NCBI GenBank assembly: GCA_037447605.1
Contig: CM074823.1
Location: 868,001 to 932,000 of the forward strand
DNA: 64,000 bases
Direction of reading: 5' to 3'
DNA from: Zygnema circumcarinatum SAG 698-1b
Lineage: Eukaryota > Plantae > Zygnematophyceae
The first letter of the stretch is position 1, and every line of letters begins with the position of its first letter. Positions 47,364 through 60,270 of the stretch are shown here, piece after piece. A program made the translations under genes and the position numbers. The notes below the pieces were generated by a model. The model did no database searches. It was not told where the DNA came from and saw only the letters and a program-made list of their open reading frames with translations.

Positions 47364-50300
47364 GAGAGAGAGGGGCACAGTCGTTCCATCCTAAACCCCA
47401 GACTGAACCCTCGAGTACTATGTTGCAGGGTTGGCCAGAGCAAGTCTGAAAAGCTGTCAGCTCCGTGGTATGCAACTTTCCCATACGGTTTATTTTTTGA
47501 AGATCTCGATAGTTACTATCAGGAGAACTGCAATGCCTCTGCATTTTATAACCCTTATGAGTATTCCGACTCTTCTAAAAGTTCATCAGAAAGGATGAGT
47601 ACATTCGAAGATTCCTCTCCAAAACCAGAAGCAGATTTAACGACAGGTCTCCGGCAGTCGGTCGGGACGACCATCAGCAAAGAATTATATGGAGCTGAGC
47701 TGCTTGTAAATGGAAGCATTTCAGTAAGTAGTTTCAGTGCCATTATTCCGTTTTCCCTCTTTAAACGTTCCATTGTTTCACAGTCCCATCTTGCTTCTAC
47801 TGAACCTACGTTTCTTTCCTCCTTCTCTTGCTTTCCCCAACTTTCCCCCTCCCATACCTCTCCCCTCCTCTATCTCCTCGATCTCCTCTCACATTCTCCC
47901 CTCTCGCTCTCGCCCTCCCGCCCCCTCTTCCCCTCCCCCTCCCTTCCCCTCCCCCTCCCTCTCCCCCTCCCCCTCCCTCTCCCCCTCCCCCTCNNNNNNN
48001 NNNCCCCCTCCCCCTCCCTCCCCTTCCCCCTCCCTCTCCCCTGCCCCTCCCTCTCTCGCTCTCGCTCTCTCTTCCCCTCTCCCCCTCCCTCTCCCACTCC
48101 GCTGCAATCTTTCCAAGCCCTCCCGCTTTCTGCATCGTCTGTTATCTGTTGCCCTATTTCCTTCTTCCTCTTTCTGTGTCCCTCTCACAATCACTCCCTT
48201 GTTGTCCCTGTCCTTTTTGGGTAGCTGTTTGAGCATTCTGAATACCGATACCTGCACCAACGAGTTTGAAATGTATTCTTGAAAATGTGATGTATTTGGA
48301 TGCAGGCATGGCTTCTGCCGGACAAGAAAACCGGAGTTCTTGTTATAGCCGATTTTGGGAAAGGTAGTTTTTTCGAGGATTGGTATCCGAGTCTCCTCTT
48401 GAGCTTGTTCACATTGAAGTAAGCGTTTTCATCCTCGCCATGCCTTAATTTGACTGGAATCTTTTCCTTTCTTTTACATGACTTCCAAATTGTGATCTCT
48501 CATCTCTTGTATCACACTGAAACTCGTCGTTGTAGAATGAGCGCAACGACTTTTGTTCCTTCAACCATAGAACCTCGACCTCTCCCTCTCCCTCTCCCTC
48601 TCCCTCTCCCTCTCCCTCTCCCTCTCCCTCTCCCTCCTCTCCCCCTCCCTCTCCCTCCTCTCCCTCTCCTCCCTCTCCCTCCTCTCCCTCTCCCTCTCCC
48701 TCTCCCTCTCCTCTCCCTCTCCCTCTCCTCTCCCTCTCCCTCTCCCTCTCCTCTCCCTCTCCCTCTCCCTCTCCCTCTCCTCCTCCCTCTCCCTCTCCCT
48801 CTCCCTCCCTCTCCCTCTCCCTCTCCCTCTCCCTCCTCTCCCTCTCCCTCCTCCTCTCCTCTCCTCTCCCTCTCCCTCTCCCTCTCCTCTCCCTCTCCCT
48901 CTCCCTCTCCCTCTCCCTCTCCCTCTCCTCTCCTCTCCCTCTCCCTCTCCTCTCCTCTCCCTCTCCTCTCCCTCTCCTCTCCTCTCCTCTCCTCTCCTCT
49001 CCCTCTCCTCTCCCTCTCCCTCTCCCTCCCTCTCCTCTCCCTCTCCTCTCCCTCTCCTCTCCTCCCTCTCCTCTCCCTCTCCCTCTCCTCTCCTCTCCTC
49101 TCCCTCTCCCTCTCCCCTCCCTCTCCTCTCCCTCTCCCTCTCCCTCTCCTCTCCCTCTCCTCTCCTCTCCCTCTCCCTCTCCTCTCCCTCTCCCTCTCCT
49201 CTCCCTCTCCTCTCCCTCCCTCTCCCTCCTCCCTCTCCCTCTCCCTCTCTCCCTCTCCCTCTCTCCCTCTCCTCTCCTCTCCCTCTCCCTCTCCCTCCCT
49301 CTCCCTCTCCCTCTCCCTCTCCCTCTCCCTCTCCCTCTCCCTCTCCCTCTCCCTCTCCCTCTCCCTCTCCTTCTCCCTCTCCCTCTCCCTCACACCAACA
49401 ACCTGCTTGTTGACTTGCTGGCATGTTCAGACGAGTTGCGAATAGAATCGTCATCGATGTTTCTGATGCTGCCAGCGGCTACCTGGGTCGAGTAGACTCT
49501 GTTCTCCAGTTTTTGTTCCCTTCTCTCACTTTCACTGCTTATCCGTACGAGTTCAGAGCGACACGTCTCGCACAGTTAATTGTTGAAGAGACTTTTAACT
49601 CAAACTTTTCGTACAGCGTCTACAACTACCAGCAATACACGGACTTAACTGGCCAGCCAATGACTCAGGATAACTTCTTCTTCCCTGTCGTGCCGAAGAC
49701 GTTCAACGGGAAAAAGAGGGATTACTCAAAACAGTTCACACTGTTCGCTACATCACCTATTCTCCAGCCGTCCTATGCGAAGCCGCTTTTCAAGGCTAAG
49801 AATATCCTTATCCTCACCAACGGTATATGTTACGAGAAGTGCGCAGAATTCATCTTCAAAGCACAGGTATGGCAGGGCATTGACAATGAGCTTCTCGTAG
49901 TAGAGCTCTGCCTTCACTATACCTCTCCTCTTCCATCTCCTTTTCCCCTCCCTCTCTCTCTCTCTCTTCTCTCGCCCTTGCACTCCTGCACTCTGTCCTC
50001 CTCTCTGTCTCTCCTCTCTTCTCTCTGTTCTCTCTCTCTCTCCTCTCACCCTCCTAAGCCTTCATGTGCAGGAATTTGCGGGCATCAAAACTGTCGCTGT
50101 GGGAGGTATTTCCAATATGCCGATGGCCGTCGGCGGCGGCGTGATAGGAGCAACCTATCAACTCTCCTCCTTAGTTTATGATTTGTATTCCACCGGCTTA
50201 CTTGCAGACAAGGATGCACCGGCGGGTCTTCCTCTCTATGCGTACATTTCCTTTCCCATCCTCCAAGCATACTGCAAGCAGAGCGCCAAAATTCCCGCTG

Positions 50301-50401
50301 ATTTCGTTTTCAAGGGGGCGGATTACCGGTTCGATCACACGGCAGAGACTGTAATGGATCGAACTGCCATGTGGGGCAAGGCGGCGGAGTACTTCGTCTA
50401 A
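45811..50401 (+). CDS. Secreted fungal-type peptidase S41/CPAF-like protein, catalytic motifs substituted
   Basis: Signal peptide [29 protein letters not shown]. Exons 45811-46312, 46780-47068, 47429-47723, 48306-48418, 49431-49866 and 50072-50401, all GT-AG and in phase. Family-like segments: [58 protein letters not shown]. Confidence 0.75.
48570..49390. repeat. CTCTCC/CTCC pyrimidine minisatellite in S41-like intron 4
   Basis: About 820 bp of pure C/T. Confidence 0.95.
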
Positions 50402-51427
50402 GCAACATTGTTGTTGAACAACAACTTGGGTTTGTTGTGCCATGATGACTAGTGGTGGGTTATGGTTCTTAGGAACCAGCAAAGTGTGATGTGGGTGTGG
50501 ATTTTGGTGCTCGTTTAGAGCTATTTTGGGGTTTTAGTTTTGCTATGGTCTATAGGGGATGGGAATGTTATGCGTGAAGGAAGGTTACAACTATTATGTG
50601 GTGGTTGAAACTATTCCTATTTTTTTGTAAGTGCCAACAACAATGGCATGGTTTGCTTTCATTGTTTTTGGGACAATGCGATTGGACTCAATGTGAACGG
50701 AAGTTGTAAGGTTTTGAATATCGGTTTCGAAGGTGCCATCCATGTTGGGGCAAGCACGATTGAACATGAAAGCGAGTACACGCGGGCGAGTTGTTGAACA
50801 CGGACATTTAATGGTTGGAATCATGAATGACGGCAGTTATGTGACGGAGTTTATGGTACAGTTATTAATACTCCGCCGTAAAACAGTATACACTCGCAGG
50901 AACAAAGCAACCAACCGTTGAGCGACCCAACTGTCCTCAGGGAGTGCAAGAGAGAAGGGAGGGGGCAGGGGGGGCAGGGGGGGCAGGGGGGGCAGGGGCA
51001 GGGGCAGGGGCAGGGGCAGGGGGGGCAGGGGCAGGGGCAGGGGGGGCAGGGGCAGGGGGGGCAGGGGGGGCAGGGGGGGCAGGGGGGGCAGGGGCAGGGA
51101 AGGAGGGAGGAGGGAGGAGGGAGGAGGGAGGAGGGGGAAGGGATGAGGAGGGAGGGAGGAGAGAGGAGGAGGGAGGGAGGAGGGGGGAGGGAGGAGGGGG
51201 GAGGGAGGAGAGAGGAGGAGGGAGGGATGAGGGGGGAGGGATGAGGAGGGAGGGAGGAGAGAGGAGGAGGGAGGGAGGAGGGGGGGAGGGAGGAGGGGGG
51301 GAGGGAGGAGGGAGGTGGGAGGGAGAAGGGGGATGGAAGGTGGGAGGGAGACGGGGGAGGGAAGGAGGGATGGAAGGGGGGAGAGGGAAGGAGGGAGAGA
51401 AGGGAGAGACTGCTTAACTGCAAATAA

Positions 51428-54412
51428 CTAAGGATAAAAGGGGCCAGACATTGTACAGAAGGGCGGCCGCACACCTGTGATCGCAGCCAAAGCTATGCAG
51501 AGCAGAGCGAAACCCTGCAGGGTTGGCACTATGGTAAAGAGCCAGATCCACCACCCTCCCCTCGAGTAAACACTTTGAGGTGGAATCTCAGGCACGTGGG
51601 CTTGATCAAAATACATGAACTTGTCGCGCTCCTTTGCGTTCTTGTGGTGGGAGGAGAACAGAACGAAGAGGACTGGAAGCAGCATGGCTTGCAGGGCCAC
51701 AGTTATGAAGCTGGAGTAGAAAAGGATGGAAACAGCCTGCAAATGTGAAAAACAAACAGAAATATAGGGGGATAATGTAAATAACTCGAAGCTGATGGTG
51801 GTTGTTTGGGGGGAATAATTAGGGTTCTGCTGTAAGTAGCAGGAAACATGCCTACGAATTAGTTCCGAAGCAGGTTTCGCATTTGGAAAACATGTGAATG
51901 CATTACTTTTCACAACTTAAGAGTTTTTAGCACAACTGAAAACGAGGAGAAGCAGTCCACCTGCATGCAGTCGGTGACGTCAAATCTTGAAAATCGAGAA
52001 ACGAGAACGTAGATTGCAGAGCAGATGTAAACCACGTGGACCAATAGGAGGACGCCAAATGTCATGATTCTATGGGGTCGCCGCTTCGTGTCATTGGCGG
52101 AGGCCAACTGTTTGCTCGCCAAGGGGCTGAGAAAGAGGAGGGTGACCCAGTTGAATGGGGACAGCCAATACCATGCCTTCCATCATGCCCCATAAAAGTA
52201 ACAATTAATCAAATAGAAAGAAAGAAAGAATTAAACTAAGATTAAAGAAAACTAAAAGCAGAGTTAATTCAACTTTAATTTAGTTTACAAAACAAGGTGA
52301 TAAGAAAAAGATACAGTTTACTGTAGTCAGAAATACAGTGTAGATGTCTATCTGGGAGCAGCAAAGACAGGCAGACTCGGAAAAGTGTAGCTGGTGGGGT
52401 TCGAACATGTGACCTCAGACAAGGAAAAGTTGAAATCTCACCAGACTGGACCTAATTGCTGCAGTGAATCCGCCTTCAATTCCACCCCAAATGCTCCACG
52501 AAAGTAACAGTTTTGTGCCGCAGTAAAGAGCGAGCATCACAAAAAAGACTTTGTTTACAAATGGAGGATATGCGAGGACAACTTCCACTCCGAATCCGAG
52601 AGCAAGCAGAGGAATAACGAGAACGGGGAGAACGACGAGGATTTGAGATGCATACCATACCCCTGCAAGCATGGAAAAATGGAGTTAGGTAAGAAACCTG
52701 CCCCTATAACTTGCAAGAATACGATGATTCTGATTGCAAAAATAGCATTAAGGAAAAACAGTAAAAAATTGACAACTCTTTGCTTGTCTTCATACTTTAA
52801 TACCTTCTGAAGGCTTCGGGTTTTGGGTTCAAATTCAAAGTGTAGCTTTTGAGTTTCCTCGTGGTTTCAGCTTACCCGGACCCCAATATGAGAAGGGGCC
52901 GTACAGCCCCGACTTTTTAGTCAAGTCGACAAAGGCTCCGCATCTTCTTGTGAGGTCAAGTGCAGCCAATGCCTGCCTCTGAAATTCTGCCACGTGGCCC
53001 TCCAGAGTCCAAGGAGCGAGCCCTGCTTGAAGTCGCTGTTCGCGTAGTGTGAACAGGGGCGAAACGGTTAGGGACACGTGGGACCGGACTTTGTTTACTT
53101 CGCACTTGGATTCCAAGCAAATAGTAAGAAGAGATTAAGGGCACACGTGAGAAAGAGAGAGAGAGGGAGATGAGGAGAGAGAGAGAGAAAGAGATAGCTT
53201 GAGATGAAATTAGACAATATAGAGAGGAAAAGCAACAAAACGAACGAACGATAGGCAGAGAGAGAGGAGCGAGTAAGTGAGAAGGAGAGGTTGAGATGAC
53301 ATGAGTCGGTATGGAGGGGCAAAGCAACATATGCAATGGAATAACGATAGGCAGAGAAAGTACGTGCGAGTGACAGTGAGGGAGGAAAGGTGAGAGAGAA
53401 TGGGAAAGAGCGGGAGAGAGAGAGAGAGAGAGAGAGAGTGTTCATTGAGGGTGTTCCCTGTGTCCATGAGCTGGCTAAACTGTTGATGTGTATGCTTTCT
53501 TTCGGACTCTTCTCCCTTCTCACTTCTCCCTTGCCTTGAGAAGGGAGAAGGGAGAAGAGAGGGAGAAGATTCTGACCTGGCTGATGTACACCGACTTGAA
53601 TCCTTCACTGTGAAGGCTGAGGGAGGTGCGGAGGTCCTCCGAAGGTCCCCCTCCTGTAAAGCCGCCGAAGTCAAGCAGCTGTTGGCGGCGGAAGAGGGCG
53701 CCGGAGGGGGAGCAGGGGACGATGCCCCGTGCGTCCCTGCACACGCAAATGAGAGAGAGAGGGGGGGAAGGGAGGGAGGATAGAGAGAGAGAGGGGAGAG
53801 AAAGAGCACGAGAGAGTGAGAGAGTGAGAGAGTGAGAGAGAGGAGGGGGAGGGATGATAGAGAGAGAAAGGGGAGAGAGAGCAAGAGAGAGTGAGAGAGA
53901 GAGAGGCGGGAGAGAGGGAGAGAGGGAGATGGGGAGAGAGAGGGGGAAAGAGAGGAGAGAGAGCGAGAGAGAGGGAGGGAGAGAAAGAGTGGGAAAGAGA
54001 GAGAGCGAGAGAGGGAGGGAGAGAGGGAGAAAGAAAGAGAGAGGGTGGGAAGGGAGAGGGGGAGAGGGAGAGGGAGGGAAGGGAGGTAGAAAGAAAGCAG
54101 TAATAGTGGGAAAGAGCGAGGGAGACCCAAGAAGGAAGGAGAGAAAGCGAAGGGAGGTAGGAAGAGAGACAACGAGAGAGTGAGGGGATGAACGAAGACA
54201 TAAGGGAAGGAAAAAGAGAGGACGGAACCAAGAAGAGAGGGAAGGGAAAGGAAGACGAGGACAGAAAGTAGAGAGAGCCGTGATTGTTTTAGGGATCGCA
54301 TCAGTCTAATGCGAACGTCTAACTGAGTGCTCTCGTGTATACCTTCACAATCTGCAGAGACCATGAAGTGCATTCCCTTTTTCGTCCCTTTTTTTTCCCA
54401 GACCCCCTCTCT

Positions 54413-54498
<86 letters not shown>

Positions 54499-55854
54499 TC
54501 TCTCTCACACACACTCTCTCATTGTATTGCACTTCAATTTTCGCAACCACTCTGCCGCCCACGTCCTTCCCCCCTTCTCTCTCCATGAGGGAAGACTGGA
54601 GGGAGAGAGAGAAAGGAAAGAGGTGCAGAAAACACAATCATAACAGATAAAGCAAAATGAAACCTCTTTCTTAACTTCTCTTCCCAATTACCTCTCTATC
54701 TCTCTCACTGCCTCCCTCCCTCTCCCTTCTCACCTGTACGGCAGAAGGAGATCGTACACATCCTGCTGCGAGAAGTTGAGGGGGTCTCCTTTCGGTAAAT
54801 TGTAATAAGCTTGAGCGCATTGCACTAAAATCACATCTTCACTTGTGAAATGAAACAGCAGCTCTTTCAGGAACTGCTTCGAAGGAATCATATCAGCAGA
54901 AAGAATAGCTACATACTCTCCTCCAGTCAGCCTTAAAGCCCAGTTAATATTCTCCACTCTTGAACTCACAGTAGCTCCCGAACTTTTCTCCCTCTCCCTC
55001 TCTCCTACCACTGCCACCTGCCGGACATACTTCAGCCTTCCTCCTCCCTCTGCTGCCTCTCCCTCCACCCATGACTTCAAAACTTCATCTCCTCCATTGT
55101 CCAAAATTAGAACATTAAACCTCTCTTTCGGGTAATCTTGAGCCAAAACCGCTTCAACCGTGTCTTGGATTACAATCAAAGGCTCATTTGAGCAGCAAAT
55201 GAAGAAACTAACTAACGGAAAAATTTGCACTTCTGAGTCGCCCTCCTTCTCCGCCGCCTTCTTTGGGCCCTCCCGAATTTTCGGCGGCCGCCCGAGCTCG
55301 ATTACAGTAGCGAAAGTTGTACTAAAAAAAAGTAAAATTTCCGCTATTAAAACCACTATTGCAAGACCCCCCTGAAGGGCCCTCCCTATTTCAGGTTTTG
55401 GGGGAGGAATTCCTCCCTCTCCTAACGCCTTCCCTTCCGAAACAATTTGAAACACCATCAAAAGTCGCCAATGGAAATACAAAACGCCGACTCCCACAGC
55501 GATTAGAGAAATCACTCTTAAGAATAAGTACCCCACAAGCTTCCCAGGAGACCCGGTTCCCCAGTAAGGAGTGGGAGGGAGAGGCCGCATAGAGCGAGAG
55601 AGGCGAGAGAGCTGCGATTCTGGTCCAGATTTCCTCTCCCTCTCCCGACCACTCCCTCCTTCCCCCCCCCTCCCTCCCCCTCCTCCTCCCCCTCCTTCTC
55701 CTCCTCCTACTCCAACTCCTCTCCCTCGACTGAGCCCTGAAGGGAGAGAGGGAGGAGCAGAAGGAGCTGCTGAGACGGAACTAGAAACTGTTTTTTGGAG
55801 AAAACTGTCTCGCAGTTCTCTCACTGATTTGGCGGCAAGTTTGGGCTTATCCAT
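51428..55854 (-). CDS. GT2 cellulose-synthase-like membrane protein of the fungal Tft1 / moss AGlcS (CslP-like) type, degenerate catalytic motifs
   Basis: Exons 55854-54734, 53736-53577, 53035-52876, 52662-52442, 52176-51961 (AAG acceptor, less certain) and 51736-51428 (TAG). Two N-terminal TM segments; FICCSNEPLIVIQDTVEAVLAQDYPKERFNVLILDNG; YYNLPKGDPL; LQAGLAPWTLEGH; several C-terminal TM segments. Confidence 0.85.
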
Positions 55855-57319
55855 CGCTCTTCAAATCCTGAGAGAAAACGAAAACAAAAGGGAGGAGAAA
55901 GAGGAAAAGGTTTCATTGTTATATTATCTCGGTCAGTATTGTACTTTTGGTCTTTCTTCCTCCCTCGCTCGCTCTTTCTCGCTCTCTCCCTCTCCCCTCT
56001 CTCTCTCTCTCTCTCCCTCTTTATCATTTTTCCTCCCTTCAACCTTCCTCTAATTCCCTCACCATCTCCCTCTCGCCTCCACTCCCGCTTCATCTCCGTT
56101 TCCCATCCCCCTCACTCTTTCTCTCTCTCTCTCTCTCTCTCACTCCCTCTCTACCACTCTCTCTCCCTCTCACTCTAAATCTCTCCCTCCCCCCCCCCCC
56201 TCTTCATCTAATTGGATCACTTCTCCTGTTTTTGAAGTGTATACTTTTTTTTTTTTGTTTTCATTCCTTTTTATATTTTGATTAAGCACCTATTGCTCCT
56301 TTAATAGGGTCAATCAAATAGTCTTCGTTTCATGCAGCTTGATAACTAATCAAATTTCCGAATCAGACTCTTAAAAGAAAAAAAAAAAAAAAGGGAGATG
56401 AAATGAAATGAAGGGATGTGGGGTTCAAATTTTTTACCTGAAACTTCAACTATTGAACATTTTTCTTCGAAAAAAAAAAAAATCAAACGCTGCCCCCCTG
56501 TGAGAGCTTATGAGCCTTCTCCGCCACGTCAGCACTATGGGCACAGGGATTCTATGTTCCAGTTCCAGGAAATGTAGCCACCTATTTTCCTTCAATTTTT
56601 TGTCCCTTACCGACTCTTTTTACGAAATAAAAAAAGAGGCAGCTAAGAAAACATCCGAAAATATATGGCCTCAAATTGAAATATGTTCCAGCTTACAGAA
56701 CTCAGTTCTCAATTGGGTACACGTGAGGGCCTGTTCTCCTGCTTGAGCCCGAAGGAAGGAGGGGGAAGGGGGAGTGGGGTAGGGAGAGAGTGTGAGAGAG
56801 AGAGATAAATGGAAGCAATATAAGAGAGAGGGAGGGAGAGGGAGCAACAGTGAGATAGAAGGAGAGGAGGAGGTGGCGGGGAGGGAGAGAGGGGAAAGGG
56901 ACAAGACAAGAAGGGAGAGATGAGTGAATGCAAGGCTTTATAAAGGACTTGAGGGAAGGTATGAGAGGAAGCGAGAGGAAGAGGAGGCGAGGGAGAGGAG
57001 AGGGAGAGGGAGAGGGAGAGGGAGAGGGAGAGGGAGAGGGAGAGGGAGAGGGAGAGGGAGTGGGAGGGAGAGGGAGAGGGAGAGGGAGAGGGAGAGGGAG
57101 AGGGAGAGGGAGAGGGAGAGGGAGAGGGAGAGGGAGAGGGAGAGGGAGAGGGAGAGGGAGTGGGAGAGGGAGAGGGCGAGGGAGAGGGAGCGGAAGCGGG
57201 AGAGAGAGGGAGAGGGAGAGGGAGAGGGAGAGGGAGAGGGAAGAGGAGAGGGCGAGGGTGGGACGGAGGGACAAGCGAAGCACCGACCAAGCCAACAGTC
57301 AACGGCAAGTCAAACTAAA

Positions 57320-57930
57320 CTCATGCTACGTGGCTCACATTGATTGGACCCCAGCTTAGTCCGTGGTGCTGATTGGACCTCCAAAGATGTACGGCTGGTC
57401 GCTGATTGGCGGAGGATGTACGGATTTGGCGTGAAGGGAGGCTGCTTCAGGTGGCCGTACAACGCGCCACGTCGGATAGCGTCGATGTTAAATACAGTTA
57501 CAGCACCGTTGTCCAATCAGCACACCACACGTGGACGTCACGTCATAGCTGCCAATTGGCCAAGGGATCTGCGCCCTCGGCGGCAGCCACGTCCCTGGCA
57601 CCATTGGCTACGTGCCACGTGGCATGAATATGGATCGAAATTTTTTTACAAACAAAGATCGAACCGAGCGCGATCGTAGCGTATCGTATCATGAGGAAAC
57701 GTATTGTATCGAAACGGGTACGATAAACATTACGGTTGCGACAACATCGAGCTGGAACGGACGCGATAATATCGCATGGGAATGAACGAGATGGTATCGA
57801 TTCGGAATTAAGGCGATAATGTCGCGTTAGTATGATTACGATTATATCGTATTGGTGCGAATGCGATAATATCGGTTCAGGATGATCTCGATACTGTTGT
57901 ATCGTATTGAGCACGATAGTATCGTCTCCC
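57320..57930. repeat. G-box/CCAAT-rich block followed by a CGTAT/CGATA-rich block
   Basis: Multiple CCACGTGG and CCAAT motifs at 57320-57630; CGTATCGTAT-type repeats at 57660-57930, like those at 3360-3540. Confidence 0.45.
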
Positions 57931-58838
57931 CGGTGACAGCTGACAGGCCCAAGGAGGGTCGACCGCCTCTCCTCGTCTGATAGGAGCTCAAGCAGGCGAA
58001 AGGTTCTGGTACAGTAATAATAATAAAAAAAAAACCAAGGAAAAAAAATAGTAGAGAGAGTCTTTTGAACTTACTCCGCTTCCGCCATCGCTCTGACAGT
58101 GCACAGTTTATCGTCTTGTTACATTGATGTTCAACAATGTTACTGGTCAACTCTGTTGTTGTTGTGCCACAACTTTTACATGGCCATGTTTTGGTGTTTT
58201 GAATTGTCTCAAACGTGGGAACGTCAGAGAGGACTTGATCTGAACCGATACATATGCTGCTATGTGTGCTGTGTCGAAATTGCTGTGTTTTTAGGGACCC
58301 ATCCAGACCTGCTAGAGGATGCCTCTAACGACAATGACATCCCTGTACGCCTTGGACTAGAAGACGCCACCTTTGCGGAAGCACAAGATCACTCACAAAG
58401 CAGAGAACTGCCCCAAGCAAAGACTTAACGAACAGATCGAAGATCAAGAAGATAAGAGGAAGCACAATGGCCAAAAACTCCTAACTTGAATACCGGAGTA
58501 CAAGATCACATTAAGAGCCCCTCTTCTACTTCTCTACTCCACTACAAGAGTGTCCCCCTTATGCTCTAAAGCTTCACCACATTCCGTCAGGCTTCTACCT
58601 CTGCACCTAGCAGCCTGCATCAAGGGTTACTACGCTCTCATTTGCTCCATAATTTATCAGTGACCTGTGTGACGTGACCTCCGGAACACTCTCCGTCGCG
58701 TCACGCCACTGCGGTCCTTGCAGGTCAATACTTTTCAGCAAAAGTATCTCCGCAAGCTTTCTGGAGCCCGTCCGTACAATCTCGTACATCTCCGTCCGAG
58801 ACAGTACTGAACTGTAGTTCGAGCGCCACGTGTCACAT

Positions 58839-58888
58839 CCAATCACGTCGTTCCACGCCCATGCTGCGACCAATCAGAATGCGCCACG
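58839..58888 (+). promoter_or_regulatory. Two tandem ERSE-like elements CCAAT-N9-CCACG
   Basis: CCAAT-cacgtcgtt-CCACG (58839-58857) and CCAAT-cagaatgcg-CCACG (58870-58888). The motif match is exact; function is untested. Confidence 0.4.
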
Positions 58889-59981
58889 TGCTCCTCCAAT
58901 ATGCAGCCCTCTAGACAGACCCTAGACTAGCCTGCCACCTAGACTCCCAAACAAGGACATGCTCCCCATGAACTTGGTACCACTCACTAACATCGCGGAT
59001 TCAGGAACCTTGTTGAGGGGGGCGCTAAGCCAGGCCCCTCTCGGAGAAAATATAACCAAATAAAAATAAATAAAAGTTGAATTTTTAGAATCTTAGGGGC
59101 AGCTAAGTCCTCCCAACTTGTGAGCGTAGGTCCGCCACTGAAAGCACGTGCTTTAATGAGCGCTTCAAAGGAAAAAAATTAAGTGAAGGGAGAGGAGAAA
59201 GTAGAGGGGCAGGAAAGAGAAATGAAGACTGAAGCAGCCTCTCTATCACCACAGGCGGCAAACCCCATCATCAAATCTCATGCCCCGACACCCTGTAACA
59301 AAAAGAGGCGAAAGAAGAGAGGGAGAGAAGGCGAGGGGGGAGGGGGGGGGTGGGAGAAAGTGCATGTATGGACCAAGGTGGCATATATTTCTCTGTCGAG
59401 AGGAAGTAATTACAAATTGTCAGCCCTTCAAAAGGTGCTTTTGCGTGTCATCTAGTATCTGCCCTACCGTCCACAAAACGTGACAGCTATCACGATCAAC
59501 CTAACAGTAAAATATTACAAAATGGCCTTTCCCTTTCCGGCAACCCTACGTCTGCTTTCCTAGATGGAAAATTTGATTTCTCGTTCATGTTCACCTATCG
59601 TACATTACTGTCATTTCTCTTCTGAACTTTGCCTGTCAAGTGAAGACGTGACCTCAAAGCTTCTCTCTATATCTCTCTCTTTCTGCCCCTTTGTCACTCT
59701 CCCTCCCACTCTCTCCTACCACTAAAGGGTTCTATATCCTCCTGCATAATTGAGCACTCCTATTGTCTCTTATATTTACAGTGAAAGGACTTGCCCACTG
59801 CTCTAGACCTGTTCCCCCTCACACCTTGACAAAATCCTTGAACCAAGTTTAACTCATTTGGACCGAGGGTGGGACGGGAGGAGGGCCAAGGCGGGTTGGA
59901 GGGAGATAGCAGATCAATGAGTATTGACCCCCACTCCCCTCTCTCTCTTCCTGCCCTCTCTTCCACTTCCTCCTCCACGGC

Positions 59982-60211
59982 TTAAGCAGGCACTTTAATC
60001 GTCATATCGCGGTAGCTGATTGTCCATGGATCACCTTCCGCATAACTAAAGTTTCCGGACCATTTCCCGTTCATTATGCTGCTGGCATCCCATATAGAGC
60101 CGTAGAGAAACATGGGCTTGTAGGGATACACGGGCACATCGGCCGCCTTCACAGTGCGAACGAGCTCGTCATCGATGAACCACCTGCGGGAGGGGAGAGA
60201 GAGCGAGGGAA

Positions 60212-60270
<59 letters not shown>

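Noticed and set aside
47560-47590. CTGATGA on the minus strand (hammerhead core?)
   Set aside because: It lies in a coding exon of the S41-like gene, and the flanking stems cannot be formed.
52395-52420. GGTTCGAA tRNA T-loop/B-box-like motif
   Set aside because: No T-stem pairing, A-box or cloverleaf.
58260-58992. LTR-like segment ending in ...CACTAACA
   Set aside because: No matching TG start, TSD, PBS or PPT could be identified, so it is not reported as an element.
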